From: Eledone cirrhosa
Lineage: Eukaryota
Direction: 5' to 3'
NCBI GenBank assembly: GCA_964016885.1
Contig: OZ024750.1
Coordinates: 52,514,001-52,578,000 of the forward strand
DNA: 64,000 nt
Numbering within the stretch: the stretch's first letter is position 1; every line of letters starts with the position of its first letter. The notes under the pieces are model-generated. The model made no database searches and was not told the origin of the DNA. It saw only the letters and a program-made list of their open reading frames with translations. The position numbers and the translations under genes were made by a program. This document shows, piece after piece, positions 14,601-28,640 of this stretch.

Positions 14601-17600
14601 GTGGTATGGTGTTGTGGTGTTGAGATGGTGGTGTGGTGTGTGGTGTTGAGATGGTGGGTGGTGGTGTGGTGTTGAGATGGTGGTGTGGTGTTGAGATGGT
14701 GGTATGGTGTTGTGGTGTTGAGATGGTGGTTTGGTGTTGAGATGGTGGTATGGTGGTGTGGTGTTGAGATAGTGTTGAGTTGGTGGTGTGGTGGTGTGGT
14801 GTTGAGATGGTGGTATGGTGTTGAGATGGTGGTGTGGTGGTGTTGTGTTGAGTTGGCGGTGTGGTGGTGTGGTGTTGAGATGGTGTGGTGTTGAGTTGGT
14901 GGTGTGGTGTTGAGATGGTGGTGTGGTGTTGAGATGGTGGTGTGGTGTTGAGATGGTGGTATGGTGTTGAGATGGTGGTGTGGTGTTGAGATGGTAGTGT
15001 GGTGGTGTGGTGTTGAGATGGCGGTACGGTGTTGAGATGGTTGGTGTGGTGTTGAGATGGTGGTGTGGTGTTGAGATGGTGGTGTGGTGTTGAGATGGTG
15101 GGTGGTGGTGTGGTGTTGAGATGGTGGTGTGGTGGTGTGGTGTTGAGATGGTGGTATGGTGGTGTGGTGTTGAGATGGTGGTGTGCTGTTGAGATGGTGG
15201 TATGGTGGTGTGGTGTTGAGATGGTGGTGTGGTGGTGTGGTGTTGAGATGGTGGTGTGGTGTTGAGATGGTGGTGTCGTGTTGAGATGGTGGTGTGGTGG
15301 TGTGGTGTTGAGATGGTGGTGTGGTGGTGTAGTGTTGAGATGGGGGTATGGTGGTGTGGTGTTGAGATGGTGGTGTGGTGTTGAGATGGTGGTGTGGTGG
15401 TGTGGTGTTGAGATGGTGGTATGGTGGTGTGGTGTTGAGATGGCGGTATGGTGTTGAGATGGTGGTGTGGTGTTGTGGTGTTGAGATGGTGTTGTGGTAG
15501 TGTGGTGGTGGGGTGTTGAGATGATGGTATGGTGGTGTGGTGTTGAGATGGTGGTGTGGTGGTGTGGTGTTGAGACGGTGGTGTGGTGTAAAGATGGTGG
15601 TGTGGTGTAGAGATGGTGGTATGGTGGTGTGGTGTTGAGATGGTGGTGTCGTGTTGAGATGGTAGTGTGGTGGTGTGGTGTTGAGATGGTGGTGTGGTGG
15701 TGTGGTGTTGAGATGGTGGTGTGGTGTTGAGATGGTGGTGTGGTGGTGTGGTGTTGAGATGGTGGTATGGTGGTGTGGTGTTGAGATGGTAGTGTGGTGG
15801 TGTGGTGTTGAGATGGTGGTGTGGTGTTGAGATGGTGGTATGGTGGTGTGGTGTTGAGATGGTGGTGTGGTGTTGAGATGGTGGTGTGGTGGTGTGGTGT
15901 TGAGATTGTGGTGTGGTGTTGAGATGGTGGTGTGGTGTTGAGATTGCGGTGTGGTGTTGAGATGGTGGTGTGGTGGTGTGGTGTTGAGATGATGGCGTGG
16001 TGGTGTGATGTTGAGATGGTGGTGTGGTGTTGAGATTGTGGTGTGGTGTCGAGATGGTGGTGTGGTGTTGAGATGGTGGTGTTGAGATGGTGGTGTGGTG
16101 GTGTGGTGTTGAGATGATGGTGTGGTGTTGAGATGGTTGTATGGTGGTGTGGTGTTGAGATGGTGGTATGGTGTTGAGATGGTGGTATGGTGGTGTGGTG
16201 TTGCGATGGTGGTACGGTGGTGAGATGGTGGTATGGTGTTGAGATGGTGGTATGGTGGTGTGGTGTTGAGACGGTGGTGTGGTCTTGAGATGGTGGTATG
16301 GTGGTGTGGTGTTGAGATGGTGGTATGGTGGTGTGGTGTTGAGATGGTGGTGTGGTGGTGTTGTGTTGAGTTGGCGGTGTGGTGGTGTGGTGTTGAGATG
16401 GTGTGGTGTTGAGTTGGTGGTGTGTTGTTGAGATGGTGGTGTGGTGTTGAGATGGTGGTGTGGTGTTGAGATGGTGGTGTGGTGTAGAGATGGTGGTGTG
16501 GTGTAGAGATGGTGGTGTGGTGTAGAGATGGTGGTATGGTGGTGTGGTGTTGAGATGGTGGTGTGGTGTTGAGATGGTAGTGTGGTGGTGTGGTGTTGAG
16601 ATGGTGGTGTGGTGGTGTGGTGTTGAGATGGTGGTATGGTGGTGTGGTGTTGAGATGGTGGTATGGTGGTGTGGTGTTGAGATGGTGGTGTGGTGTTGAG
16701 ATGGTGGTGTGGTGGTGTGGTGTTGAGATGGTGGGTGGTGGTGTGGTGGTGTTGAGATGGTGGTATGGTGGTGTGGTGTTGAGATGGTGGTGTGGTGGTG
16801 TGGTGTTGAGATGGTGGGTGGTGGTGTGGTGGTGTTGAGATGGTGGTGTTGAGATGGTGGTGTGGTGGTGTGGTGTTGAGATGATGGTGTGGTGTTGAGA
16901 TGGTTGTATGGTGGTGTGGTGTTGAGATGGTGGTATGGTGTTGAGATGGTGGTATGGTGGTGTGGTGTTGCGATGGTGGTACGGTGGAGAGATGGTGGTA
17001 TGGTGTTGAGATGGTGGTATGGTGGTGTGGTGTTGAGACGGTGGTGTGGTCTTGAGATGGTGGTATGGTGGTGTGGTGTTGAGATGGTGGTATGGTGGTG
17101 TGGTGTTGAGATGGTGGTGTGGTGGTGTTGTGTTGAGTTGGCGGTGTGGTGGTGTGGTGTTGAGATGGTGTGGTGTTGAGTTGGTGGTGTGTTGTTGAGA
17201 TGGTGGTGTGGTGTTGAGATGGTGGTGTGGTGTTGAGATGGTGGTGTGGTGTAGAGATGGTGGTGTGGTGTAGAGATGGTGGTGTGGTGTAGAGATGGTG
17301 GTATGGTGGTGTGGTGTTGAGATGGTGGTGTGGTGTTGAGATGGTAGTGTGGTGGTGTGGTGTTGAGATGGTGGTGTGGTGTTGAGATGGTGGTATGGTG
17401 GTGTGGTGTTGAGATGGTGGTATGGTGGTGTGGTGTTGAGATGGTGGTGTGGTGTTGAGATGGTGGTATGGTGGTGTGGTGTTGAGATGGTGATGTGGTG
17501 TTGAGATGGTGGTGTGGTGGTGTGGTGTTGAGATGGTGGGTGGTGGTGTGGTGGTGTTGAGATGGTGGTATGGTGGTGTGGTGTTGAGATGGTGGTGTGG

Positions 17601-20600
17601 TGGTGTGGTGTTGAGATGGTGGGTGGTGGTGTGGTGGTGTTGAGATGGTGGTATGGTGGTGTGGTGTTGAGATGGCGGTATGGTGGTGTGGTGTTGAGAT
17701 GGTTGTGTGGTGCTGAGATGGTGGTATGGTGGTGTGGTGTTGAGATAGTGTTGAGTTGGTGGTGTGGTGGCGTGGTGTTGAGTTGGCGGTGTGGTGGTGT
17801 GGTGTTGAGATGGTGGTGTGTTGTTGAGATGGTGGTGTGGTGTTGAGATGGTGATGTGGTGGTGTGGTGTTGAGATGGTGGTGTGGTGGTCTGGTGTTGA
17901 GATGGTGGTGTGGTGTTGAGGTGTTGAGATGGTGGTGTGGTGCTGAGATGGTGGTATGGTGTTGAGATAGTGTTGAGTTGGTGGTGTGGTGGCGTGGTGT
18001 TGAGTTGGCGGTGTGGTGGTGTGGTGTTGAGATGGTGGTGTGTTGTTGAGATGGTGGTGTGGTGTTGAGATGGTGGTGTGGTGTTGAGATGGTGGGTGGT
18101 GGTGTGGTGTTGAGATGGTAGTGTGGTGGTGTGGTGTTGAGATGGTGGTATGGTGGTGTGGTGTTGAGATGGTGGTGTGGTGGTGTGGTGTTGAGATGGT
18201 GGTATGGTGGTCTGGTGTTGAGATGGTGGTGTGGTGTTGAGGTGTTGAGATGGTGGTGTGGTGCTGAGATGGTGGTATGGTGTTGAGATAGTTTTGAGTT
18301 GGTGGTGTGGTGTTGAGATGGTGGGTGGTGGTGTGGTGTTGAGATGGTGGTATGGTGGTATGGTGTTGAGATGGTGGTGTGGTGTTGAGATGGTGGTATG
18401 GTGGTGTGGTGTTGAGATGGTGGTGTGGTGTTGAGATGGTGGTATGGTGGTGTGGTGTTGAGATGGTGGTGTGGTGGTGTGGTGTTGAGATTGTGGTGTG
18501 GCGGTGTGGTGTAGTGATGGTGGTGTGGTGTTGAGATGGTGGTATGGTGGTGTGGTGTTGAGATGGTGGTATGGTGGTGTGGTGTTGAGATGGTGGTGTG
18601 GTGGTGTGGTGTTGAGATGGTGGTGTGGTGTTGAGATGGTGGTGTGGTGGTGTGGTGTGGTGTTGAGATGGTGGTATGGTGTTGAGATGGTGGTATGGTG
18701 GTGTGGTGTTGAGATGGTGGTGTGGTGGTGTGGTGTTGAGATGGTGGTATGGTGGTGTGGTGTTGAGATGGTGGTATGGTGTTGTGGTGTTGAGATGGTG
18801 GTGTGGTGTGTGGTGTTGAGATGGTGGGTGGTGGTGTGGTGTTGAGATGGTGGTATGGTGTTGTGGTGTTGAGATGGTGGTGTGCTGTTAAGATGGTGGT
18901 ATGGTGGTGTGGTGTTGAGATAGTGTTGAGTTGGTGGTGTGGTGGTGTGGTGTTGAGATGGTGGTGTGGTGTTGAGATGGTTGTATGGTGGTGTGGTGTT
19001 GAGATGGTGGTGTATTGGTGTGGTGTTGAGATGGTGGTGTGGTGTTGTGGTGTTGAGATGGTGTTGGGGTGGTGTGGTGGTGTGGTGTTGAGATGATGGT
19101 ATGGTGGTGTGGTGTTGAGATGGTGGTGTGGTGTTGTGGTGTTGAGATGGTGGTGTGGTGGTGTGGTGTTGAGATGGTGGTATGGTGGTGTGGTGTTGAG
19201 ATGGTGGTATGGTGTTGTGGTGTTGAGATGGTGGTGTGGTGTGTGGTGTTGAGATGGTGGGTGGTGGTGTGGTGTAGAGATGGTGGTGTGGTGTTGAGAT
19301 GGTGGTATGGTGTTGTGGTGTTGAGATGGTGGTGTGGTGTTGAGATGGTGGTGTGCTGTTAAGATGGTGGTATGGTGGTGTGGTGTTGAGATAGTGTTGA
19401 GTTGGTGGTGTGGTGGTGTGTTGTTGAGATGGTGGTGTGGTGTTGAGATGGTTGTATTGTGGTGTGGTGTTGAGATGGTGGTGTGGTGGTGTGGTGTTGA
19501 GATGGTGGTGTGGTGTTGTTGAGATGGTGTTGGGGTGGTGTGGTGGTGTGGTGTTGAGATGATGGTATGGTGGTGTGGTGTTGAGATGGTGGTGTGGTGG
19601 TGTTGAGATGGTGGTGTGGTGGTGGGGTGTTGAGATGGTGGTATGGTGGTGTGGTGTTGAGATGGTGGTATGGTGTTGTGGTGTTGAGATGGTGGTGTGG
19701 TGTGTGGTGTTGAGATGGTGGGTGGTGGTGTGGTGTTGAGATGGTGGTGTGGTGTTGAGATGGTGGTATGGTGTTGTGGTGTTGAGATGGTGGTTTGGTG
19801 TTGAGATGGTGGTGTGGTGTTGAGATGGTGGTATGGTGGTGTGGTGTTGAGATAGTGTTGAGTTGGTGGTGTGGTGGTGTGGTGTTGAGATGGTGGTGTG
19901 GTGTTGAGATGGTTGTATGGTGGTGTGGTGTTGAGATAGTGGTGTGGTGGTGTGGTGTTGAGATGGTGGTGTGGTGTTGAGATGGTGGTATGGTGTTGAG
20001 ATGGTGGTGTGGTGGTGTTGTGTTGAGTTGGCGGTGTGGTGGTGTGGTGTTGAGATGGTGTGCTGTTGAGTTGGTGGTCTGGTGTTGAGATGGTGGTGTG
20101 GTGTAGAGATGGTGGTATGGTGGTGTGGTGTTGAGATGGTGGTGTGGTGTTGAGATGGTAGTGTGGTGGTGTGGTGTTGAGATGGCGGTACGGTGTTGAG
20201 ATGGTTGGTGTGGTGTTCAGATGGTGGTGTGGTGTTGAGATGGTGGTGTGGTGTTGAGATGGTGGTGTGGTGTTGAGATGGTGGGTGGTGGTGTGGTGTT
20301 GAGATGGTGGTATGGTGGTGTGGTGTTGAGATGGTGGTGTGGTGGTGTGGTGTTGAGATGGTGGTATGGTGGTGTGGTGTTGAGATGGTGGTGTGCTGTT
20401 GAGATGGTGGTATGGTGGTGTGGTGTTGAGATGGTGGTGTGGTGGTGTGGTGTTGAGATGGTGGTGTGGTGTTGAGATGGTGGTGTCGTGTTGAGATGGT
20501 GGTGTGGTGGTGTGGTGTTGAGATGGTGGTGTGGTGGTGTAGTGTTGAGATGGGGGTATGGTGGTGTGGTGTTGAGATGGTGGTGTGGTGGTGTGGTGTT

Positions 20601-23600
20601 GAGATGGTGGTGTGGTGGTGTGGTGTTGAGATGGTGGTATGGTGTTGAGATGGCGGTATGGTGTTGAGATGGTGGTGTGGTGTTGTGGTGTTGAGATGGT
20701 GTTGTGGTAGGGTGGTGGTGGGGTGTTGAGATGATGGTATGGTGGTGTGGTGTTGAGATGGTGGTGTGGTGGTGTGGTGTTGAGACGGTGGTGTGGTGTT
20801 GTGGTGTTGAGATGGTGGTGTGGTGTAAAGATGGTGGTGTGGTGTAGAGATGGTGGTATGGTGGTGTGGTGTTGAGATGGTGGTGTCGTGTTGAGATGGT
20901 AGTGTGGTGGTGTGGTGTTGAGATGGTGGTGTGGTGGTGTGGTGTTGAGATGGTGGTGTGGTGTTGAGATGGTGGTGTGGTGGTGTGGTGTTGAGATGGT
21001 GGTATGGTGGTGTGGTGTTGAGATGGTAGTGTGGTGGTGTGGTCTTGAGATGGTGGTGTGGTGTTGAGATGGTGGTATGGTGGTGTGGTGTTGAGATGGT
21101 GGTGTGGTGTTGAGATGGTGGTGTGGTGGTGTGGTGTTGAGATTGTGGTGTGGTGTTGAGATGGTGGTGTGGTGGTGTGGTGTTGAGATTGTGGTGTGGT
21201 GTTGAGATGGTGGTGTGGTGTTGAGATTGCGGTGTGGTGTTGAGATGGTGGTGTGGTGGTGTGGTGTTGAGATGATGGCGTGGTGGTGTGATGTTGAGAT
21301 GGTGGTGTGGTGTTGAGATTGTGGTGTGGTGTCGAGATGGTGGTGTGGTGTTGAGATGGTGGTGTTGAGATGGTGGTGTGGTGGTGTGGTGTTGAGATGA
21401 TGGTGTGGTGTTGAGATGGTTGTATGGTGATGTGGTGTTGAGATGGTGGTATGGTGTTGAGATGGTGGTATGGTGGTGTGGTGTTGCGATGGTGGTACGG
21501 TGGTGAGATGGTGGTATGGTGTTGAGATGGTGGTATGGTGGTGTGGTGTTGAGACGGTGGTGTGGTGTTGAGATGGTGGTATGGTGGTGTGGTGTTGAGA
21601 TGGTGGTATGGTGGTGTGGTGTTGAGATGGTGGTGTGGTGGTGTTGTGTTGGCGGTGTGGTGGTGTGGTGTTGAGATGGTGTGGTGTTGAGTTGGTGGTG
21701 TGTTGTTGAGATGGTGGTGTGGTGTTGAGATGGTGGTGTGGTGTTGAGATGGTGGTGTGGTGTAGAGATGGTGGTGTGGTGTAGAGATGGTGGTATGGTG
21801 GTGTGGTGTTGAGATGGTGGTGTAGTGTTGAGATGGTAGTGTGGTGGTGTGGTGTTGAGATGGTGGTGTGGTGTTGAGATGGTGGTATGGTGGTGTGGTG
21901 TTGAGATGGTGGTATGGTGGTGTGGTGTTGAGATGGTGGTGTGGTGTTGAGATGGTGGTGTGGTGTTGAGATGGTGGTATGGTGGTGTGGTGTTGAGATG
22001 GTGATGTGGTGTTGAGATGGTGGTGTGGTGGTGTGGTGTTGAGATGGTGGGTGGTGGTGTGGTGGTGTTGAGATGGTGGTATGGTGGTGTGGTGTTGAGA
22101 TGGTGGTGTGGTGGTGTGGTGTTGAGATGGTGGGTGGTGGTGTGGTGGTGTTGAGATGGTGGTATGGTGGTGTGGTGTTGAGATGGCGGTATGGTGGTGT
22201 GGTGTTGAGATGGTGGTGTGGTGCTGAGATGGTGGTATGGTGGTGTGGTGTTGAGATAGTGTTGAGTTGGTGGTGTGGTGGCGTGGTGTTGAGTTGGCGG
22301 TGTGGTGGTGTGGTGTTGAGATGGTGGTGTGTTGTTGAGATGGTGGTGTGGTGTTGAGATGGTGATGTGGTGGTGTGGTGTTGAGATGGTGGTGTGGTGG
22401 TCTGGTGTTGAGATGGTGGTGTGGTGTTGAGGTGTTGAGATGGTGGTGTGGTGCTGAGATGGTGGTATGGTGTTGAGATAGTGTTGAGTTGGTGGTGTGG
22501 TGGCGTGGTGTTGAGTTGGCGGTGTGGTGGTGTGGTGTTGAGATGGTGGTGTGTTGTTGAGATGGTGGTGTGGTGTTGAGATGGTGGTGTGGTGTTGAGA
22601 TGGTGGTGTGGTGTTCAGATGGTGGGTGGTGGTGTGGTGTTGAGATGGTAGTGTGGTGGTGTGGTGTTGAGATGGTGGTATGGTGGTGTGGTGTTGAGAT
22701 GGTGGTGTGGTGGTGTGGTGTTGAGATGGTGGTATGGTGGTCTGGTGTTGAGATGGTGGTGTGGTGTTGAGGTGTTGAGATGGTGGTGTGGTGCTGAGAT
22801 GGTGGTATGGTGTTGAGATAGTGTTGAGTTGGTGGTGTGGTGTTGAGATGGTGGGTGGTGGTGTGGTGTTGAGATGGTGGTATGGTGGTATGGTGTTGAG
22901 ATGGTGGTGTGGTGTTGAGATGGTGGTATGGTGGTGTGGTGTTGAGATGGTGGTGTGGTGTTGAGATGGTGGTATGGTGGTGTGGTGTTGAGATGGTGGT
23001 GTGGTGGTGTGGTGTTGAGATTGTGGTGTGGTGTTGAGATGGTGGTGTGGTGGTGTGGTGTAGTGATGGTGGTGTGGTGTTGAGATGGTGGTATGGTGGT
23101 GTGGTGTTGAGATGGTGGTATGGTGGTGTGGTGTTGAGATGGTGGTGTGGTGGTGTGGTGTTGAGATGGTGGTGTGGTGTTGAGATGGTGGTGTGGTGGT
23201 GTGGTGTTGAGATGGTGGTATGGTGTTGAGATGGTGGTATGGTGGTGTGGTGTTGAGGTGGTGGTGTGGTGTTGAGATGGTGGTGTGGTGGTGTGGTGTT
23301 GAGATGGTGGTATGGTGGTGTGGTGTTGAGATGGTTGTATGGTGGTGTGGTGTTGAGATGGTTGTATGGTGGTGTGGTGTTGAGATGGTGGTATGGTGGT
23401 GTGGTGTTGAGGTGGTGGTGTGGTGTTGAGATGGTGGTGTGGTGTTGAGATGGTGGTGTGGTGTTGAGATGGTGGTGTGGTGTTGAGATGGTGGTGTGGT
23501 GGTGTGGTGTTGAGATGGTGGTATGATGGTGTGGTGTTGAGATGGTTGTATGGTGGTGTGGTGTTGAGATGGTGGTATGGTGTTGAGATGGTGGTATGGT

Positions 23601-26600
23601 GGTGTGGTGTTGCGATGGTGGTACGGTGGTGAGATGGTGGTATGGTGTTGAGATGGTGGTATGGTGGTGTGGTGTTGAGATGGTGGTGTGGAGTTGAGAT
23701 GGTGGTATGGTGGTGTGGTGTTGAGATGGTGGTATGGTGGTGTGGTGTTGAGATGGTGGTGTGGTGGTGTTGTGTTGAGTTGGCGGTGTGGTGGTGTGGT
23801 GTTGAGATGGTGGTATGGTGGTGTGGTGTTGAGATGGTGGTATGGTGGTGTGGTGTTGAGATGGTGGTGTGGTGTTGAGATGGTGGTGTGGTGTTGAGAT
23901 GGTGGTATGGTGGTGTGGTGTTGAGATGGTGATGTGGTGTTGAGATGGTGGTGTGGTGGTGTGGTGTTGAGATGGTGGGTGGTGGTGTGGTGGTGTTGAG
24001 ATGGTGGTATGGTGGTGTGGTGTTGAGATGGTGGTGTGGTGGTGTGGTGTTGAGATGGTGGGTGGTGGTGTGGTGGTGTTGAGATGGTGGTATGGTGGTG
24101 TGGTGTTGAGATGGCGGTATGGTGGTGTGGTGTTGAGATGGTGGTGTGGTGCTGAGATGGTGGTATGGTGGTGTGGTGTTGAGATAGTGTTGAGTTGGTG
24201 GTGTGGTGGCGTGGTGTTGAGTTGGCGGTGTGGTGGTGTGGTGTTGAGATGGTGGTGTGTTGTTGAGATGGTGGTGTGGTGTTGAGATGGTGGTGTGGTG
24301 GTGTGGTGTTGAGATGGTGGTGTGGTGGTCTGGTGTTGAGATGGTGGTGTGGTGTTGAGGTGTTGAGATGGTGGTGTGGTGCTGAGATGGTGGTATGGTG
24401 TTGAGATAGTGTTGAGTTGGTGGTGTGGTGGCGTGGTGTTGAGTTGGCGGTGTGGTGGTGTGGTGTTGAGATGGTGGTGTGTTGTTGAGATGGTGGTGTG
24501 GTGTTGAGATGGTGGTGTGGTGTTGAGATGGTGGGTGGTGGTGTGGTGTTGAGATGGTAGTGTGGTGGTGTGGTGTTGAGATGGTGGTATGGTGGTGTGG
24601 TGTTGAGATGGTGGTGTGGTGTTGAGATGGTGGTATGGTGGTCTGGTGTTGAGATGGTGGTGTGGTGTTGAGGTGTTGAGATGGTGGTGTGGTGCTGAGA
24701 TGGTGGTATGGTGTTGAGATAGTGTTGAGTTGGTGGTGTGGTGTTGAGATGGTGGGTGGTGGTGTGGTGTTGAGATGGTGGTGTGGTGGTGTGGTGTTGA
24801 GATTGTGGTGTGGTGTTGAGATGGTGGTGTGGTGTTGAGATGGTGGTATGGTGGTGTGGTGTTGAGATGGTGGTGTGGTGTTGAGATGGTGGTATGTTGG
24901 TGTGGTGTTGAGATGGTGGTGTGGTGGTGTGGTGTTGAGATTGTGGTGTGGTGTTGAGATGGTGGTGTGGTGGTGTGGTGTAGTGATGGTGGTGTGGTGT
25001 TGAGATGGTGGTATGGTGGTGTGGTGTTGAGATGGTGGTATGGTGGTGTGGTGTTGAGATGGTGGTGTGGTGGTGTGGTGTTGAGATGGTGGTGTGGTGT
25101 TGAGATGGTGGTGTGGTGGTGTGGTGTTGAGATGGTGGTGTGGTGTTGAGATGGTGGTGTGGTGGTGTGGTGTTGAGATGGTGGTATGGTGTTGAGATGG
25201 TGGTATGGTGTTGAGGTGGTGGTGTGGTGTTGAGATGGTGGTGTGGTGGTGTGGTGTTGAGATGGTGGTATGGTGGTGTGGTGTTGAGATGGTTGTATGG
25301 TGGTGTGGTGTTGAGATGGTGGTATGGTGGTGTGGTGTTGAGATGGTTGTATGGTGGTGTGGTGTTGAGATGGTGGTATGGTGGTGTGGTGTTGAGATGG
25401 TGGTATGGTGGTGTGGTGTTGAGATGGTGGTATGGTGGTGTGGTGTTGAGATGGTGGTATGGTGGTGTGGTGTTGAGGTGGTGGTGTGGTGTTGAGATGG
25501 TGGTGTGGTGTTGAGATGGTGGTGTGGTGTTGAGATGGTGGTGTGGTGTTGAGATGGTGGTGTGGTGGTGTGGTGTTGAGATTGTGGTGTGGTGTTGAGA
25601 TGGTGGTGTGGTGGTGTGGTGTAGTGATGGTGGTGTGGTGTTGAGATGGTGGTATGGTGGTGTGGTGTTGAGATGGTGGTATGGTGGTGTGGTGTTGAGA
25701 TGGTGGTGTGGTGGTGTGGTGTTGAGATGGTGGTGTGGTGTTGAGATGGTGGTGTGGTGGTGTGGTGTTGAGATGGTGGTATGGTGTTGAGATGGTGGTA
25801 TGGTGGTGTGGTGTGGAGGTGGTGGTGTGGTGTTGAGATGGTGGTGTGGTGGTGTGGTGTTGAGATGGTGGTATGGTGGTGTGGTGTTGAGATGGTTGTA
25901 TGGTGGTGTGGTGTTGAGATGGTTGTATGGTGGTGTGGTGTTGAGATGGTGGTATGGTGGTGTGGTGTTGAGGTGGTGGTGTGGTGTTGAGATGGTGGTG
26001 TGGTGTTGAGATGGTGGTGTGGTGTTGAGATGGTGGTGTGGTGTTGAGATGGTGGTGTGGTGTTGAGATGGTGGTGTGGTGGTGTGGTGTTGAGATGGTG
26101 GTATGATGGTGTGGTGTTGAGATGGTTGTATCGTGGTGTGGTGTTGAGATGGTGGTATGGTGGTGTGGTGTTGAGATGGCGGTATGGTGGTGTGGTGTTG
26201 AGATGGTGGTGTGGTGCTGAGATGGTGGTATGGTGGTGTGGTGTTGAGATAGTGTTGAGTTGGTGGTGTGGTGGCGTGGTGTTGAGTTGGCGGTGTGGTG
26301 GTGTGGTGTTGAGATGGTGGTGTGTTGTTGAGATGGTGGTGTGGTGTTGAGATGGTGGTGTGGTGTTGAGATGGTGGTGTGGTGGTCTGGTGTTGAGATG
26401 GTGGTGTGGTGTTGAGGTGTTGAGATGGTGGTGTGGTGCTGAGATGGTGGTATGGTGTTGAGATAGTGTTGAGTTGGTGGTGTGGTGGCGTGGTGTTGAG
26501 TTGGCGGTGTGGTGGTGTGGTGTTGAGATGGTGGTGTGTTGTTGAGATGGTGGTGTGGTGTTGAGATGGTGGTGTGGTGTTGAGATGGTGGTGTGGTGTT

Positions 26601-28640
26601 GAGATGGTGGGTGGTGGTGTGGTGTTGAGATGGTAGTGTGGTGGTGTGGTGTTGAGATGGTGGTATGGTGGTGTGGTGTTGAGATGGTGGTGTGGTGTTG
26701 AGATGGTGGTATGGTGGTCTGGTGTTGAGATGGTGGTGTGGTGTTGAGGTGTTGAGATGGTGGTGTGGTGCTGAGATGGTGGTATGGTGTTGAGATAGTG
26801 TTGAGTTGGTGGTGTGGTGTTGAGATGGTGGGTGGTGGTGTGGTGTTGAGATGGTGGTGTGGTGGTGTGGTGTTGAGATTGTGGTGTGGTGTTGAGATGG
26901 TGGTGTGGTGTTGAGATGGTGGTATGGTGGTGTGGTGTTGAGATGGTGGTGTGGTGTTGAGATGGTGGTATGGTGGTGTGGTGTTGAGATGGTGGTGTGG
27001 TGGTGTGGTGTTGAGATTGTGGTGTGGTGTTGAGATGGTGGTGTGGTGGTGTGGTGTAGTGATGGTGGTGTGGTGTTGAGATGGTGGTATGGTGGTGTGG
27101 TGTTGAGATGGTGGTATGGTGGTGTGGTGTTGAGATGGTGGTGTGGTGGTGTGGTGTTGAGATGGTGGTGTGGTGTTGAGATGGTGGTGTGGTGGTGTGG
27201 TGTTGAGATGGTGGTGTGGTGTTGAGATGGTGGTGTGGTGGTGTGGTGTTGAGATGGTGGTATGGTGTTGAGATGGTGGTATGGTGTTGAGGTGGTGGTG
27301 TGGTGTTGAGATGGTGGTGTGGTGGTGTGGTGTTGAGATGGTGGTATGGTGGTGTGGTGTTGAGATGGTTGTATGGTGGTGTGGTGTTGAGATGGTGGTA
27401 TGGTGGTGTGGTGTTGAGATGGTTGTATGGTGGTGTGGTGTTGAGATGGTGGTATGGTGGTGTGGTGTTGAGATGGTGGTATGGTGGTGTGGTGTTGAGA
27501 TGGTGGTATGGTGGTGTGGTGTTGAGATGGTGGTATGGTGGTGTGGTGTTGAGGTGGTGGTGTGGTGTTGAGATGGTGGTGTGGTGTTGAGATGGTGGTG
27601 TGGTGTTGAGATGGTGGTGTGGTGTTGAGATGGTGGTGTGGTGGTGTGGTGTTGAGATGGTGGTATGGTGTTGAGATGGTGGTATGGTGGTGTGGTGTTG
27701 AGATGGTGGTGTGGTGGTGTGGTGTTGAGATGGTGGTATGGTGGTGTGGTGTTGAGATGGTTGTATGGTGGTGTGGTGTTGAGATGGTGGTATGGTGGTG
27801 TGGTGTTGAGGTGGTGGTGTGGTGTTGAGATAGTGGTATGGTGGTATGGTGTTGAGATGGTGGTGTGGTGGTGTGGTGTAGTGATGGTGGTGTGGCGTTG
27901 AGATGGTGGTGTGGTGGTGTGGTGTAGTGATGGTGGTGTGGTGTTGAGATGGTGGTATGGTGGTGTGGTGTTGAGATGGTGGTATGGTGGTGTGGTGTTG
28001 AGATGGTGGTGTGGTGGTGTGGTGTTGAGATGGTGGTATGGTGGTGTGGTGTTGAGATGGTTGTATGGTGGTGTGGTGTTGAGATGGTGGTATGGTGGTG
28101 TGGTGTTGAGGTGGTGGTGTGGTGGTGGTGTGGTGTTGAGATAGTGGTATGGTGTTATGGTGTTGAGATGGTGGTATGGTGTTGAGATGGTGGTATGGTG
28201 GTATGGTGTTGTGGTGTTGAGATGGTGGTGTGGTGGTGTGGTGTAGTGATGGTGGTGTGGTGTGGTGTTGAGATGGTGGTATGGTGTTGAGATGGTGGTA
28301 TGGTGGTGTGGTGTTGAGATGGTGGTATGGTGGTGTGGTGTTGAGATGGTGGTATGGTGTTGCGATGGTGGTATGGTGGTGTGGTGTTGAGATGGTGGTA
28401 TGGTGTTGAGATGGTGGTATGGTGGTGTGGTGTTGAGATAGTGGTATGGTGTTGAGATGGTGGTATGGTGGTGTGGTGTTGAGATGGTGGTATGGTGTTG
28501 AGATGGTGGTATGGTGGTGTGGTGTTGAGATGGTGGTGTGGTGTTGAGATGGTGGTATGGTGGTGTGGTGTTGAGATGGTGGTGTGGTGATATGGTGTTG
28601 AGATGGTGGTATGGTGGTATGGTGGTATGGTGGTGTGGTG
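5620..28640. repeat. 23-kb minisatellite of 19-bp (GATGGTGGTGTGGTGTTGA) and 27-bp (+GGTGGTRT) units with higher-order duplications
   Basis: Units are read directly. Rare variant landmarks recur at fixed offsets (5888, 2076, 767 bp). Confidence 0.97.

Noticed and set aside
5905-28185. Dozens of V/W/C/G-rich plus-strand ORFs
   Set aside because: These are translations of the tandem repeat, with no unique coding sequence.
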